Of a stretch of DNA of 64,000 nt, positions 1 to 9,635 are shown piece after piece. A program made the translations under genes and the position numbers. Source of the DNA: Victivallaceae bacterium. Lineage in GTDB: Bacteria > Verrucomicrobiota > Lentisphaeria > Victivallales > Victivallaceae. Positions within the stretch are counted from its first letter, which is position 1. The number at the start of each line of letters is the position of its first letter. A model generated the notes under the pieces. It saw nothing but the letters and a program-made list of their open reading frames with translations. It did not search any database and was not told the DNA's origin. The stretch is taken from NCBI GenBank assembly GCA_045533055.1, contig JAZSHD010000236.1, forward strand, positions 4,160 through 68,159, in the 5' to 3' direction.

Positions 1-1
1 C

Positions 2-2452
2 CCCAATTACAGCCAAAGACCCTCGCAATGGGGAAGATTTCCGCAAGCTGATTGCTTTTTCAACTATGAGTCCGGCAATGTCGAGCAAGCCCGGACTGCG
101 GTGAAATTTGCCTACGACAAAAACAATCTCTATGTAGGGTATATTTGCTATGAGCCGGAAATGAAACTGCTGAAAAGCAGCATTACCGAGCATGACGGCA
201 ATGTCTGGAAAGACGATTGCGTGGAGTTTTTCTTTTACAGTCCCGAAAAAGATGTCATCAAACAGTTTATGACCAACCCCATGGGCACCAAAGCCGAAGT
301 TGAACGGGTCCAGGCACAAGCCGGCGATCCATACAAAGTCCGCAAATGGGATGGCGAATGGCAGACCAGAACCTGGAAAAACGCCAAGAGCTGGGAAGTT
401 GCGATGATCATTCCGTGGAAAACTCTGGGCTATGATACCATACCGGCGAATCCCATGGCAGTAAACTTTGTCCGCGAACGCTTTGCCAACAAAGAGGTCA
501 GCCAGTGGAACTGCTATGTGGGCGATTTGGCCGAAGTAAATAACTTTGCCCGGGTGGACTTTGCCAAAAAAGAGATGGTACGCAGCCGCAAGGTCGAAAA
601 AGTCAACTACATACCCCAGCGGAAAAAAACTCAATTCAAAAATCTCTTGAGCAACGAAAAAATCGCCCGCATCAATTATATGTGGAGCAATGAATACTTC
701 CTGGTCTATCAGCTGCCGGCGGTCAAAGCCAAACACACTCTGGAAAGTATTGCTTCCCACCAGCGGATGCTGCTCAAAGAATGGGCAAAAGCCGGAACCG
801 TTGCCGCCGGTATGCCTTATGTACTTTTGGCACGCAACACCGTTTTGAAAATCGACGAACTTGCTGCCAGCGGGGTGAAATTTCCTTTCGTGGCAAAAAG
901 CCACTCCAGATCCGCCAAAAATGCCGGGGCCAAAGCGTGGCTGGAAGTAAATCCCAATGACTACTGGGTGGATTTGACCGACTCCGTGGCGGTGGAAAGT
1001 TGTATGCGTGCCATCGACAGCGTGGCTGCTGACTTCAAAAGAGATCCCCGCAAAGCCAAAATGACCAGCTTTATACACGGTGTTGACGAACCCGGCAACT
1101 ATATCAGATACATTTACAGCCGCTCGCGGAACATCAAAAATGCGGCATTTCTGGATGAATTTGAAAAAATGCTCAAAGCCCAATACGGTTTCGGCAAATA
1201 TGGTTTGTACGACGATTACGGCATACCCACTGCCGATGATGCCTTTGAACGCATCGCTTTCTGGCGTTGGTGGAACGACCGTTTTGCAGCCTACTGTCAG
1301 GCATACGCCCAACGCTGCCGCCAACAGCTGCCGGGAGTGCCGTTTCAGGTATTCAACCGCAACACCTGTGCCGGAACCGACCCCATTGATGTTGCACTGT
1401 GCGGCAACGATGATTATATAATCAGTTCCGACCCGTACCCCACCAGTTCCCGCAGTTATTTCGGCATGGCACGGGCTTTGTACCACACCGGTTTTTCGGT
1501 CAAACTTATGCGTGACCTTGCTCCCAAAGCCACCATCAACTTTTACGGTCAGGGCTTCAACTACTGCGGCGGAACTCCCAAACCGGCGGATTTGCGTGAA
1601 TGGGCAAGTCAGGGTTTGAAAAACGGTGCCGATTATGTGCAGTGGTATACGGTAGGAGCACTGGCTGGCAATCCGGCGGTTTACAATGAAGTGTTGAATA
1701 TCACCCGGCAGATCAACGATTTGCCCAAACTCAAACTGCCCAAAGAAACCAAAACCGGTATTTTCTACTCCGACTTTGACCGTTGGGGGCTGAATGACGG
1801 TGCGGCACACTCGCAGTACACAGTTTATGCCATTCTGGGGGAACATATCAAAAGCAATTTCCGTTTTGTCAGCAAAAAAGATTTCAATGTTGCCGGACTT
1901 AAAATGCTTTACATACCCCGGATGCGTTTTACTGAACCTGATTTGACTGCCAAACTGGTCAAATTTGTGAAAGATGGCGGCACGATCGTGGTGCTCGATC
2001 CGGACTTCCTGCGTTTCAATATCGACGGCAGTGCTGTTGCCGAAAGAGCGGAACTTGTAAATGCTGAACTTGTCAAAAAAGCTGCCCCCGGCACTACTTT
2101 GCTTTACGGCAAAGCCAAACTGCCCTTGAGCAAAGTAAGCCATATCAACCAGAAAGAAAATGGTTCCATCCACGCTTTTGACTTTGCCCGGCTTCCTGCC
2201 GGAGCCAAAGTGCTTGCCAAGTACAACGACGGCAAACCGGCAATCATTGAGCGTGCTGTCGGCAAAGGCAAAGTGATCTTTTCTGCCGTGCTGCCCTTTG
2301 GTACTTCCGAAGCGGCACTTGCCCCCGTCGGCTGGAAACAGTTCATGGCAGACCGTGCCAAAGCTGTCGGCGAAAAAATGAATTTGCCCATCTGGGATTT
2401 TGTACTGCCGGAAGTAACTCAAGACAAATTCAATGTTAAAACCTTGAAATAA
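2..2452 (+). CDS. putative secreted glycoside-hydrolase-like protein with CBM9/DOMON-like N-terminal module (5' end cut by window edge)
   Basis: The frame of the 101..2452 ORF stays open back to nt 2, so the gene begins outside the window. KFAYDKNNLYVGY...WKDDCVEFFF resembles CBM9-type modules. IHGVDEPGNY and the C-terminal GGTIVVLDPDF / GKGKVIF segment resemble a clan-A TIM barrel plus a GH42-type GATase-like domain. Family assigned by eye only. Confidence 0.6.
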   Translation, partial: PNYSQRPSQWGRFPQADCFFNYESGNVEQARTAVKFAYDKNNLYVGYICYEPEMKLLKSSITEHDGNVWKDDCVEFFFYSPEKDVIKQFMTNPMGTKAEVERVQAQAGDPYKVRKWDGEWQTRTWKNAKSWEVAMIIPWKTLGYDTIPANPMAVNFVRERFANKEVSQWNCYVGDLAEVNNFARVDFAKKEMVRSRKVEKVNYIPQRKKTQFKNLLSNEKIARINYMWSNEYFLVYQLPAVKAKHTLESIASHQRMLLKEWAKAGTVAAGMPYVLLARNTVLKIDELAASGVKFPFVAKSHSRSAKNAGAKAWLEVNPNDYWVDLTDSVAVESCMRAIDSVAADFKRDPRKAKMTSFIHGVDEPGNYIRYIYSRSRNIKNAAFLDEFEKMLKAQYGFGKYGLYDDYGIPTADDAFERIAFWRWWNDRFAAYCQAYAQRCRQQLPGVPFQVFNRNTCAGTDPIDVALCGNDDYIISSDPYPTSSRSYFGMARALYHTGFSVKLMRDLAPKATINFYGQGFNYCGGTPKPADLREWASQGLKNGADYVQWYTVGALAGNPAVYNEVLNITRQINDLPKLKLPKETKTGIFYSDFDRWGLNDGAAHSQYTVYAILGEHIKSNFRFVSKKDFNVAGLKMLYIPRMRFTEPDLTAKLVKFVKDGGTIVVLDPDFLRFNIDGSAVAERAELVNAELVKKAAPGTTLLYGKAKLPLSKVSHINQKENGSIHAFDFARLPAGAKVLAKYNDGKPAIIERAVGKGKVIFSAVLPFGTSEAALAPVGWKQFMADRAKAVGEKMNLPIWDFVLPEVTQDKFNVKTLK

Positions 2453-2476
2453 TAACTTTTGAAAACAAGGAGTCGT

Positions 2477-3265
2477 ATGATGAGGAAAATCCATGTAAAA
2501 CCCCGTTCACGGGGGCGTGCGAAGCTGGGGAGCTTTACCCTTATAGAACTCTTGGTAGTTATAGCCATTATCGCTATTTTAGCGGCAATGCTGCTGCCGG
2601 CATTGTCGGCAGCCCGGGCCCGGGCAAAAAGCTCCAACTGCAAAGGGAACTTGAAAACTCTGGCGTTGGCATCCAATATGTATGCCGATGGAAATAATGA
2701 TTACATTCTGCCCTGGCGGAATGATTACGGCAACGACGGCAATCAGGCGACCGACAGTGTATGGCCCTATCTGGTTTGGGATGTAATGGGCATAAATACC
2801 GGCATGGGCAACAGCGGCCTGAATACCATAAAGTCATACCCGGAACAGGCCCGGATGTTCATGTGTCCGGCATCGTCGGTGGACTTTGCAACATATTCGG
2901 GCATGGCGTATTGTATCAATGATGATTATTCAAGCAGCGAAGCAAGCAACTTTGATATCCGCACCCGCAATGGTCTTGCCAATCGCTGCAGTTACGCCAC
3001 CACTGCCAACGGAAGAGCTTCCAGCATTGATGAAGCGGCATTGTTTTCCGACAATAATTACGATTCTGACGAAACCAATATGAATGGCGGAGTTAAAAGC
3101 AATATCTGGCGTGGTATGCGTGGTCATACCGACAACAACACCCGCCACTCCGGCACCATCAACTATGCGACCGTGGGCGGCTCGGTTTTTGAAGGCGTAG
3201 CAGTCAAATACGGCAGCAAAGGCTGGACAGTTCCGGTAAACGCCCAGGTGCCCAATAAACCGTGA
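2477..3265 (+). CDS. prepilin-type N-terminal cleavage/methylation domain protein, H-X9-DG-like (DUF1559-type pseudopilin paralogue)
   Basis: [33 protein letters not shown] is a class-III pilin/pseudopilin signal. The C-terminal [14 protein letters not shown] fits the H-X9-(D/G)G tail. Start moved from TTG 2459 to ATG 2477, which lies 4 nt after AAGGAG. Confidence 0.85.
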   Translation: MMRKIHVKPRSRGRAKLGSFTLIELLVVIAIIAILAAMLLPALSAARARAKSSNCKGNLKTLALASNMYADGNNDYILPWRNDYGNDGNQATDSVWPYLVWDVMGINTGMGNSGLNTIKSYPEQARMFMCPASSVDFATYSGMAYCINDDYSSSEASNFDIRTRNGLANRCSYATTANGRASSIDEAALFSDNNYDSDETNMNGGVKSNIWRGMRGHTDNNTRHSGTINYATVGGSVFEGVAVKYGSKGWTVPVNAQVPNKP

Positions 3266-3615
3266 AAGATTTTTGACCCAAGCAGCTTTGCTGGACTAAT
3301 ATAAAAAGGCTCTGTTGCCAATATCGGTCAATATAATGTAGAGAGCCGACAGCAACAAGGGCGGTCAGCACCGCGAACGCATGGGAGGCAGTTTGCAGGA
3401 TAAATTCCTGCAAACCGAGCGGAAATGTTCCGCGAAGCCGACCGGAGTTGAGCGAAGCCTTCCGGCGTTTGAGGACGATTTTGAGCAAAGCTCAAAATCG
3501 CTTAAGGGGGCGTTCCGTCTTCACCAAGGTTACGCCGCGACAAGCCAGCCCCCGCCGTTGATTAAAAGTCGTTAGGAACTACGCTGGATATAGCAGGACA
3601 ATGAGCAAAGGGGAT

Positions 3616-3683
3616 CCAAGGGGAGAAAGCAATCTCCCCTTGGGATATGTCCCGATGAAGCATAAAAATTATGCTTCATCGGG
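3616..3683. terminator. two adjacent perfect stem-loops between convergent genes
   Basis: CCAAGGGGAGA-N6-TCTCCCCTTGG (3616-3643) and CCCGATGAAGCAT-N7-ATGCTTCATCGGG (3651-3683). There is no clear U-tract, so a terminator role is inferred only from the position between the pseudopilin gene (+) and the MATE gene (-). Confidence 0.4.
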
Positions 3684-3742
3684 ACGGGTTGTGTGCGAGA
3701 TAAATAAATTAAGTTTATCAACCCTGATTGGGAACAGAGCCT

Positions 3743-5137
3743 TCAGTTTTTCATGCGGGCAAGACTGACCCAGGCTCCGGAGCGGTAACGCCAGTAAAAG
3801 CCGCTGGAACGCACTATCCAATCAAAAACCATTGCTATCCATACGGCAATAACTCCGCTGTCGATCCAATCGGCTATAAGATAACTGCAGCCGATCCGAA
3901 CCACTATCATTGAACCGACGGAAATGATCATGGTAAATTTTACATCGTTCATAGAACGCAGTATGCAGGGAAATACAAATGTTACAGGCCACATCAGCAT
4001 CCCCAAACCATTGTGAATCAATATAAGATAAAATGCCAAATGTTTTGTATCAACATCTATCTTGCTGAAAAAACTCAAGATCAGAGGTGTCAAGGCAAAA
4101 AGCAATATGTTCCACGCAATGTGGCTGGTATATGCCCAGGTCATCATTTTAGATACATAATAGCGAACCTGTTTTACATCTCCAGCCCCCACCGCACGGC
4201 CGATAACAGTCACCACTGCCAGACAGAAAACATTTCCGCATACACATCCCAGATAATCAATAGTATTGGCTACTGCATTGGCAGCTATCTCCCGGGTGCC
4301 ATAGGATGCGATCAAGCCTAAAACCAACACACGCCCCAGTTGAAAAACTCCGCTTTCAACGCCCCCGGGGATCCCGATAAACAATATCTTTTTCACAAAT
4401 TGCCACGAAATGCGGAAGCCTTTCCGGAAATCTATAAAAATATTCAGGCTTCTATCGTGAATCATAAAAATAATGATCGCCACCGCCACCATCCGGGCAG
4501 ACAAAGTAGCATAAGCCGCCCCCGCGACCCCCAACTTGAAACCGTAAATGAGCAGAGCATTACCAATAACATTTATCATATTGCTGATAAGAGAAATATA
4601 CATGGTACGCTTCGTGCGGTTCATCACCCTGAACAATGCGGCACAACCGCCATAAACTGCGATTCCGGGGAAAGCCCAGAGCGTAATACTGAAATAACTC
4701 AAAACCGCCGTATGGACATCTTCGGCCAGTTTGCCATACAGAATGTTGATTATTTCATTCAAAAATAAATTGCCCAGCAGAAAAACTGCCACCCCGGCAA
4801 CCAGCACAACCGCCAGCAGTTGCCTGGCACCTTCGCGTGCCCTTACCAGACTGCCGGCACCGATATATTGCGAAACCACCACCGCACCGCCGGTAGCCAC
4901 CGCAAATATTATACTGCAGATACAGTTATTGAACATATCCACCAGTGATACTGCCGAAATGCTCGCTTCGCCCAATCCGGCAACCATAAGCGTATCAGCA
5001 CTGCCCACCAGCAAAAAAAGCAGTTGTTCAAAAAACAACGGAATAACAAGTTGGAGAATATCTTTGTTGGTAAACAGAGAATATTCTTTTTCGCTGAACA
5101 GAAAATGCAGTTTTTCCCGGAGAAATCTTAAAAACAT
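3743..5137 (-). CDS. MATE family efflux transporter
   Basis: 464 aa, polytopic and hydrophobic throughout. The N-terminal LQLVIPLFFEQLLFLLVGSADTLMVAGLGEASISAVSLV is typical of the MatE/NorM family. Confidence 0.88.
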   Translation of the reverse strand: MFLRFLREKLHFLFSEKEYSLFTNKDILQLVIPLFFEQLLFLLVGSADTLMVAGLGEASISAVSLVDMFNNCICSIIFAVATGGAVVVSQYIGAGSLVRAREGARQLLAVVLVAGVAVFLLGNLFLNEIINILYGKLAEDVHTAVLSYFSITLWAFPGIAVYGGCAALFRVMNRTKRTMYISLISNMINVIGNALLIYGFKLGVAGAAYATLSARMVAVAIIIFMIHDRSLNIFIDFRKGFRISWQFVKKILFIGIPGGVESGVFQLGRVLVLGLIASYGTREIAANAVANTIDYLGCVCGNVFCLAVVTVIGRAVGAGDVKQVRYYVSKMMTWAYTSHIAWNILLFALTPLILSFFSKIDVDTKHLAFYLILIHNGLGMLMWPVTFVFPCILRSMNDVKFTMIISVGSMIVVRIGCSYLIADWIDSGVIAVWIAMVFDWIVRSSGFYWRYRSGAWVSLARMKN

Positions 5138-5152
5138 AAATCCAGAAGCTCC

Positions 5153-5233
5153 TCAATATCGTTTTTCCGGAATGACCTCAAGCCAGTAGTTATTGGGCAC
5201 ACTTGTGATAACAGATAGTTTCCCATTATCCAT
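5153..5233 (-). pseudogene. remnant copy A of the 3' end of a glyoxalase/VOC gene (26-codon mini-ORF MDNGKLSVITSVPNNYWLEVIPEKRY*)
   Basis: The minus-strand translation aligns with the C-terminus of the intact VOC gene at 22116-22200 (DPNNYWLEVIPENRY*). It is ~85-90% identical by eye at nucleotide level to copy C (21007-21084). It is followed at 5286-5345 by sequence co-linear with the upstream region of the intact gene (22524-22583). Confidence 0.7.
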
Positions 5234-5446
5234 CTTTGCGTTTTTGAATACGCATATTGTGCATACATTATTGTTGGTAGCTTATAAAACATAATCCGGC
5301 AAGGCTTCAAATGCAAATCACAAATGTTTTTTCCAGCATCTTTTTTTACAGAAAACAGATTATATGATGTTATATCAGGCAGCTTGCCGTATCTCTTTAT
5401 ATTTTATCTTTATCTGGAACAAAACCGGAATGGTTGATCCGCTTAA

Positions 5447-6235
5447 TCAGCCCAGCAGACGCATTTCTATTTCGGTACGGGCTTTTTGCAGCAATGCAAG
5501 CTGTTCCAAGAGATATTTATCGTTGAGAAAGTAGCTGGAAAACGCACTGCTCAATGCTGCGATAGTTACTCCCTCATGACTGCGAACCGGGATCCCCAGA
5601 GAGCTTATGCCGAAAACACTTTCATCCCGCACCACCGAATACCCCAGCTGGCGGACTTCGGAAAGATCTTCTTTCAGCTGTTCCGGATCGCAAATCGTCC
5701 GTTCGGTCAGTTTACGCAAAGGCATTTTTTCCAGAAAACTCTCCAGTTCCGCTTCCGGCAAAGCACTTAAAAGCACCTTCCCGGCAGCCGTTGAGTGGTA
5801 TTGATCCAGCCACCGCTGCCGGATGGAAATGCTTATTGGGTTGCGGCTTTCGATAACATTTACCGCAATGACCTGATTTTGATGAAATACCCCCAGAAAA
5901 CAAGTTACCTGAATTGCCTGACTTAATTTTTGCAGCGGTTCCAGCGACGCTGTACGCAATTCGCTCCATACATCCGCATTATTGCCCAGAATAAATGTCT
6001 GCATACCCAATGTGTAACGCCCGCCACGGTGCTGATTTAAATACCCTCTGGCATACAGCGTGCGGATCAGATTGTTGGCAGTCGCCGGCGATACCCCCAG
6101 TTTGGAAGCGATCTCGCCATTGCGTACCGGTCCGGCAGCATTGCCCACGATTTCCAATATATCCAACGCCCTTTCCACAGATTGCACAAGGGTCTGCCGG
6201 GTATTACGGTTGATGTTGTGTTTTTTTTCTGTCAT
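5447..6235 (-). CDS. IclR family transcriptional regulator
   Basis: Winged-HTH VQSVERALDILEIVGNAAGPVRNGEIASKLGVSPATANNLIRTLYARGYL followed by an IclR-type effector domain. ATG 6235 (GGAG 6 nt upstream) is preferred over ATG 6247. Confidence 0.88.
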   Translation of the reverse strand: MTEKKHNINRNTRQTLVQSVERALDILEIVGNAAGPVRNGEIASKLGVSPATANNLIRTLYARGYLNQHRGGRYTLGMQTFILGNNADVWSELRTASLEPLQKLSQAIQVTCFLGVFHQNQVIAVNVIESRNPISISIRQRWLDQYHSTAAGKVLLSALPEAELESFLEKMPLRKLTERTICDPEQLKEDLSEVRQLGYSVVRDESVFGISSLGIPVRSHEGVTIAALSSAFSSYFLNDKYLLEQLALLQKARTEIEMRLLG

Positions 6236-6297
6236 ATACCACTCCATTACTAAATCATTGTGAAAAATTATAGCTTGTTTTTTGAAAAATACAAATC

Positions 6298-6368
6298 TAT
6301 TTTACAACAATATTGTATTTTTCTTAAATATAAAAACATCCTTGTTAATATTTTACAATAATAATGTA
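6298..6368. promoter_or_regulatory. two operator-like 20-mers in the divergent IclR/hydrolase promoter region
   Basis: TATTTTACAACAATATTGTA (6298-6317) and TATTTTACAATAATAATGTA (6349-6368) are 18/20 identical and 51 bp apart. Each contains TACAA-N5-TTGTA-type dyad symmetry. Binding by the adjacent IclR regulator is an inference. Confidence 0.35.
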
Positions 6369-6487
6369 AAACACCTGTATTTTGCAAAAAAAATAACGAC
6401 AGCCGGAAAACAGGCTTGATTTTTCGGATAGTCTGTGTAAATTTTATCGCAAAATAATTTTAATATCTGATTTGGAGTTTTTATTTT

Positions 6488-8842
6488 ATGACTGGCAATA
6501 CTCTGATCAAACTGCTCATGAGTTTTGCATTTATTGTACAAGGAGTTTTTATTGTGCAAAGCAATCCTTTGATCCCCATGGGGGCGTTGACCGGTAAACC
6601 CACCCGGGCCGAAATCCATGCAATTCTTGCCAAATACAAAGCCGCAGGCATAAATCAATATTTGGTATATCCCCGCAGCGGTTGCGAATTGGAATATTTA
6701 TCCAATGAATACCTTGATACTTTGGCAACGGTTTGCGAAGAAGCCGAAAAGCTGGATTTTTCCGCCATCTGGCTTTATGACGAATTCAACTGGCCCAGCG
6801 GCAGCTGCGGCAAACGCGTGCCGCTGGAAAATCCCAAGTTTGCCATGCCATTTATCTGTGCATACAAGCAAGACGGTAAGATAAAAGTGGAAATCCGGCA
6901 CAATCCGGACTATACAGCGTTAATGAATCCGGCAGCAGTTGACCGTTTTATTGAGCTTACCCACGAACAATATTATAAACGCTTGAAGCCATACTTCGGC
7001 AAGCTGATCAAAGGTATTTTTACTGATGAACCGGAAATCGGCTACTGGAAAGATAAGGCACCCGATGCCATTTTCTGCATGGGCTATTATGAGGGGTTGG
7101 AAGACGATTACCGCAAACTCACCGGCGGCGACCTGTTTGCTGATATTGCCGCCGGCTTGCGGGGCGACCCCAACTATTACCCGGCGGTGTGTGCCGAACT
7201 GCTTGCCAAACGCTTCCGTACTTCGTACATCGACCGCTTGCAGGCGTGGTGTGAAAAGCATGGCATTGTGCTGACCGGCCATTTGATGAACGAAAATCAC
7301 CCGGTAAGTGCCCGTAAAAGCAACGGCAATATCCTGAAAGTCCTGCCCGGGTTCGGCTTGCCGGGTATGGATGAGATCAACACAAAAAACACCATCTCAG
7401 GTGCCGAATGGCTGACCATGGGTACAGCCATGTACGCCATTGAAAAACGGGGCAACAAAGGTGGTTTAGGCGAACTTTTTGCAATAGGCCCCTGCGATTT
7501 GACTTTTACAAGATTGAATCAAATGCTTTACCTGACTGCAGCGTTCGGCGTTGACCACTATGTTTTGGGGATCGCACCTGTGGATTCCCGGGGGTGTGCT
7601 CATAAGCCAAACTGGTACAACTCTTTTGCCTCCGACCAGCCGCAGATGGCGGTTTTTGACGAATGGTCAAAGGCGGCAAAACGGGCTGCGGAACTGGCAA
7701 AAAAGGAACGCTCTTTTGAGATCGCAGTCCGTTACGGCAATGGCGAAGAGCGTTTACAAGATCTTCTGATAAGTCTGGTGCGGCACCAGATATCGTGGCG
7801 TCTGTTGGATAATGAGGAAGCTGCCCCGGATGATATACCCATGGTTTTGGTTTTGCGGAATGACGGCAAAGTCTGGGAAGAAAAAAACATCCTCAAATCC
7901 TATAACTTCGATTATTTGTGGGATATTGCCCTGAAAGACCGACTGCCCCTGAGTTCGGTGGTTTGCGATACAAATGGCAGACCGGTAGACGATGTTTTTC
8001 TCCGCCGTTACCGCGATGGCAGCGTGCTGGTTATTGATATGTCAGAAACCGACCGGGAGCTGGTTCTGCACCGCAACAAACAAAAAGAGCCGTTTATGCT
8101 TTATGCCAATGGCGTCAAAGAATTTCCGCCGACTGTAACCGGCAGCAAAACTGCCGGAAAAACCGCTGTCTTGGCACAAAAAATCCCAAATGGCTGGCAA
8201 GTGGAGTTTGACCGGCCGCACCTTTGCCGGATGCATTTCAACGAAAAAAATGTTGCAGAGCTGGAGCTTCAAGAAGCTCAAAACCTGCGTCTGGCTTTGC
8301 GAATATATAATTGCAAAGCGAAGGCAGAATTTAATGGCAAACTGCTGAAAAATCCCCGTCCCTGCACGGAATTGCCTGATACATTCAACACTCTCTATAA
8401 TGTTTATGATCTGGGGGTAGTTCCAGCAGGCAGACATCGGCTTGAACTGCACGATGCCGGGATCGAATACCCGTTTTTGCCGCAAGCGGTTTTTATCGGC
8501 GAAAAGTTGAGCGATTATGTAGGCAAGATCACTCAAAAGTGCCGTTACCAGCTGCCGGAAACTGCCGGAAAATTCCGGATCACCGAAGTTCCGGCCCCCG
8601 GAGCGGCAGAATTGCTGGTCGATGGTGTATCATTGGGTAAAAAACTTGTCAAACCCTACGAGTGGCAAATCCCCGCCGGATCGCAGGGCAAAAGTGTGGA
8701 AATTGTTGTTGAACACTATCTGTCCGTAGGCGGCTTATTCGGCACCCCGTGGACGGGCTCCGATGAGGCGTCCCGCTGGCGCCGGCAGGCATTAGCCCCC
8801 AAACGGCAGAAAGCCGGAGCTTTAACGGTTGAAATCGAATAA
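6488..8842 (+). CDS. putative glycoside hydrolase (TIM-barrel-like N-terminal half, beta-sandwich C-terminal half), family unassigned
   Basis: 784-aa ORF. WLYDEFNWPSGSCG and GIFTDEPEIGYW motifs resemble glycosidase catalytic regions. An alternative start is GTG 6554, 8 nt after AAGGAG, which would remove the hydrophobic N-terminus. Confidence 0.55.
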   Translation: MTGNTLIKLLMSFAFIVQGVFIVQSNPLIPMGALTGKPTRAEIHAILAKYKAAGINQYLVYPRSGCELEYLSNEYLDTLATVCEEAEKLDFSAIWLYDEFNWPSGSCGKRVPLENPKFAMPFICAYKQDGKIKVEIRHNPDYTALMNPAAVDRFIELTHEQYYKRLKPYFGKLIKGIFTDEPEIGYWKDKAPDAIFCMGYYEGLEDDYRKLTGGDLFADIAAGLRGDPNYYPAVCAELLAKRFRTSYIDRLQAWCEKHGIVLTGHLMNENHPVSARKSNGNILKVLPGFGLPGMDEINTKNTISGAEWLTMGTAMYAIEKRGNKGGLGELFAIGPCDLTFTRLNQMLYLTAAFGVDHYVLGIAPVDSRGCAHKPNWYNSFASDQPQMAVFDEWSKAAKRAAELAKKERSFEIAVRYGNGEERLQDLLISLVRHQISWRLLDNEEAAPDDIPMVLVLRNDGKVWEEKNILKSYNFDYLWDIALKDRLPLSSVVCDTNGRPVDDVFLRRYRDGSVLVIDMSETDRELVLHRNKQKEPFMLYANGVKEFPPTVTGSKTAGKTAVLAQKIPNGWQVEFDRPHLCRMHFNEKNVAELELQEAQNLRLALRIYNCKAKAEFNGKLLKNPRPCTELPDTFNTLYNVYDLGVVPAGRHRLELHDAGIEYPFLPQAVFIGEKLSDYVGKITQKCRYQLPETAGKFRITEVPAPGAAELLVDGVSLGKKLVKPYEWQIPAGSQGKSVEIVVEHYLSVGGLFGTPWTGSDEASRWRRQALAPKRQKAGALTVEIE

Positions 8843-8869
8843 AATTTTAAATATACAATGGAGGGAAAC

Positions 8870-9598
8870 ATGAAAAAACAATTCACTTTGATCGAACTTT
8901 TGGTGGTGATCGCAATTATTGCCATTTTGGCGGCAATGCTAATGCCTGCGCTTTCCACAGCACGGGAATCTGCCCGCAGTACCAGCTGTAAAAACAAACT
9001 CAAACAAATCGGGCTGGCTCTGCACATGTACGCCGGAAGCAATACAGATTATCTGCCTTACGCCTGGAGCAACAACAAGCATGTCGTCCGCTCCGGCTAT
9101 TATGGCACCAGTTACAAATACACCGACAGGCGGACATCGCCGAATATGCTGCTGGTAGGCGGCTACTTTGCCTCCGAAGCCGCCACTTCGGATGAAACGC
9201 AGAAAGTTCTTATGGAAAAATTTTTCAAATGCCCCAGCGATACCACCAACTTCGGAATAGTTAATGACACCATGACCGCTATAAGTTATGAGTGGTGGCA
9301 CATCGATCTGACCGATGCGGAAATAAAGGATCTTACCAACAAAAGCAATCTTGCCCGTATGGTGGTGGGGCGGGACAATCCTGTCTGCACAGTTTTTACC
9401 GATGCTTACGGTCCGATCAGCTGGACTTGCGTGCAGATCAATCACCCGACTTCGGCGAATATCCTGCGGTTGGGCGGCGATGTTGATTTGGTTACAATAC
9501 CTGTCCATGATACTAAAAAGTATCCTAAATATTATGCACACGGAACATCTTTTTTGCGCCGGATCGAAGGCGATACAAAAATCATTGATTGGGAATAA
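8870..9598 (+). CDS. prepilin-type N-terminal cleavage/methylation domain protein, H-X9-DG-like
   Basis: [36 protein letters not shown], with C-terminal [18 protein letters not shown] 8870 is preceded by GGAGGG. Confidence 0.85.
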   Translation: MKKQFTLIELLVVIAIIAILAAMLMPALSTARESARSTSCKNKLKQIGLALHMYAGSNTDYLPYAWSNNKHVVRSGYYGTSYKYTDRRTSPNMLLVGGYFASEAATSDETQKVLMEKFFKCPSDTTNFGIVNDTMTAISYEWWHIDLTDAEIKDLTNKSNLARMVVGRDNPVCTVFTDAYGPISWTCVQINHPTSANILRLGGDVDLVTIPVHDTKKYPKYYAHGTSFLRRIEGDTKIIDWE

Positions 9599-9635
9599 GT
9601 TACAATCTCTATAAATATAAAAAAGGATCAGAAAT

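Noticed and set aside
3654-3680. The hairpin at 3651-3683 is built from ATGAAGCAT/ATGCTTCAT, the same heptamer as the array at 62258-62448.
   Set aside because: A single occurrence is within chance expectation for a 7-mer in 64 kb. It is noted, but not treated as evidence of a shared element without a genome-wide count.
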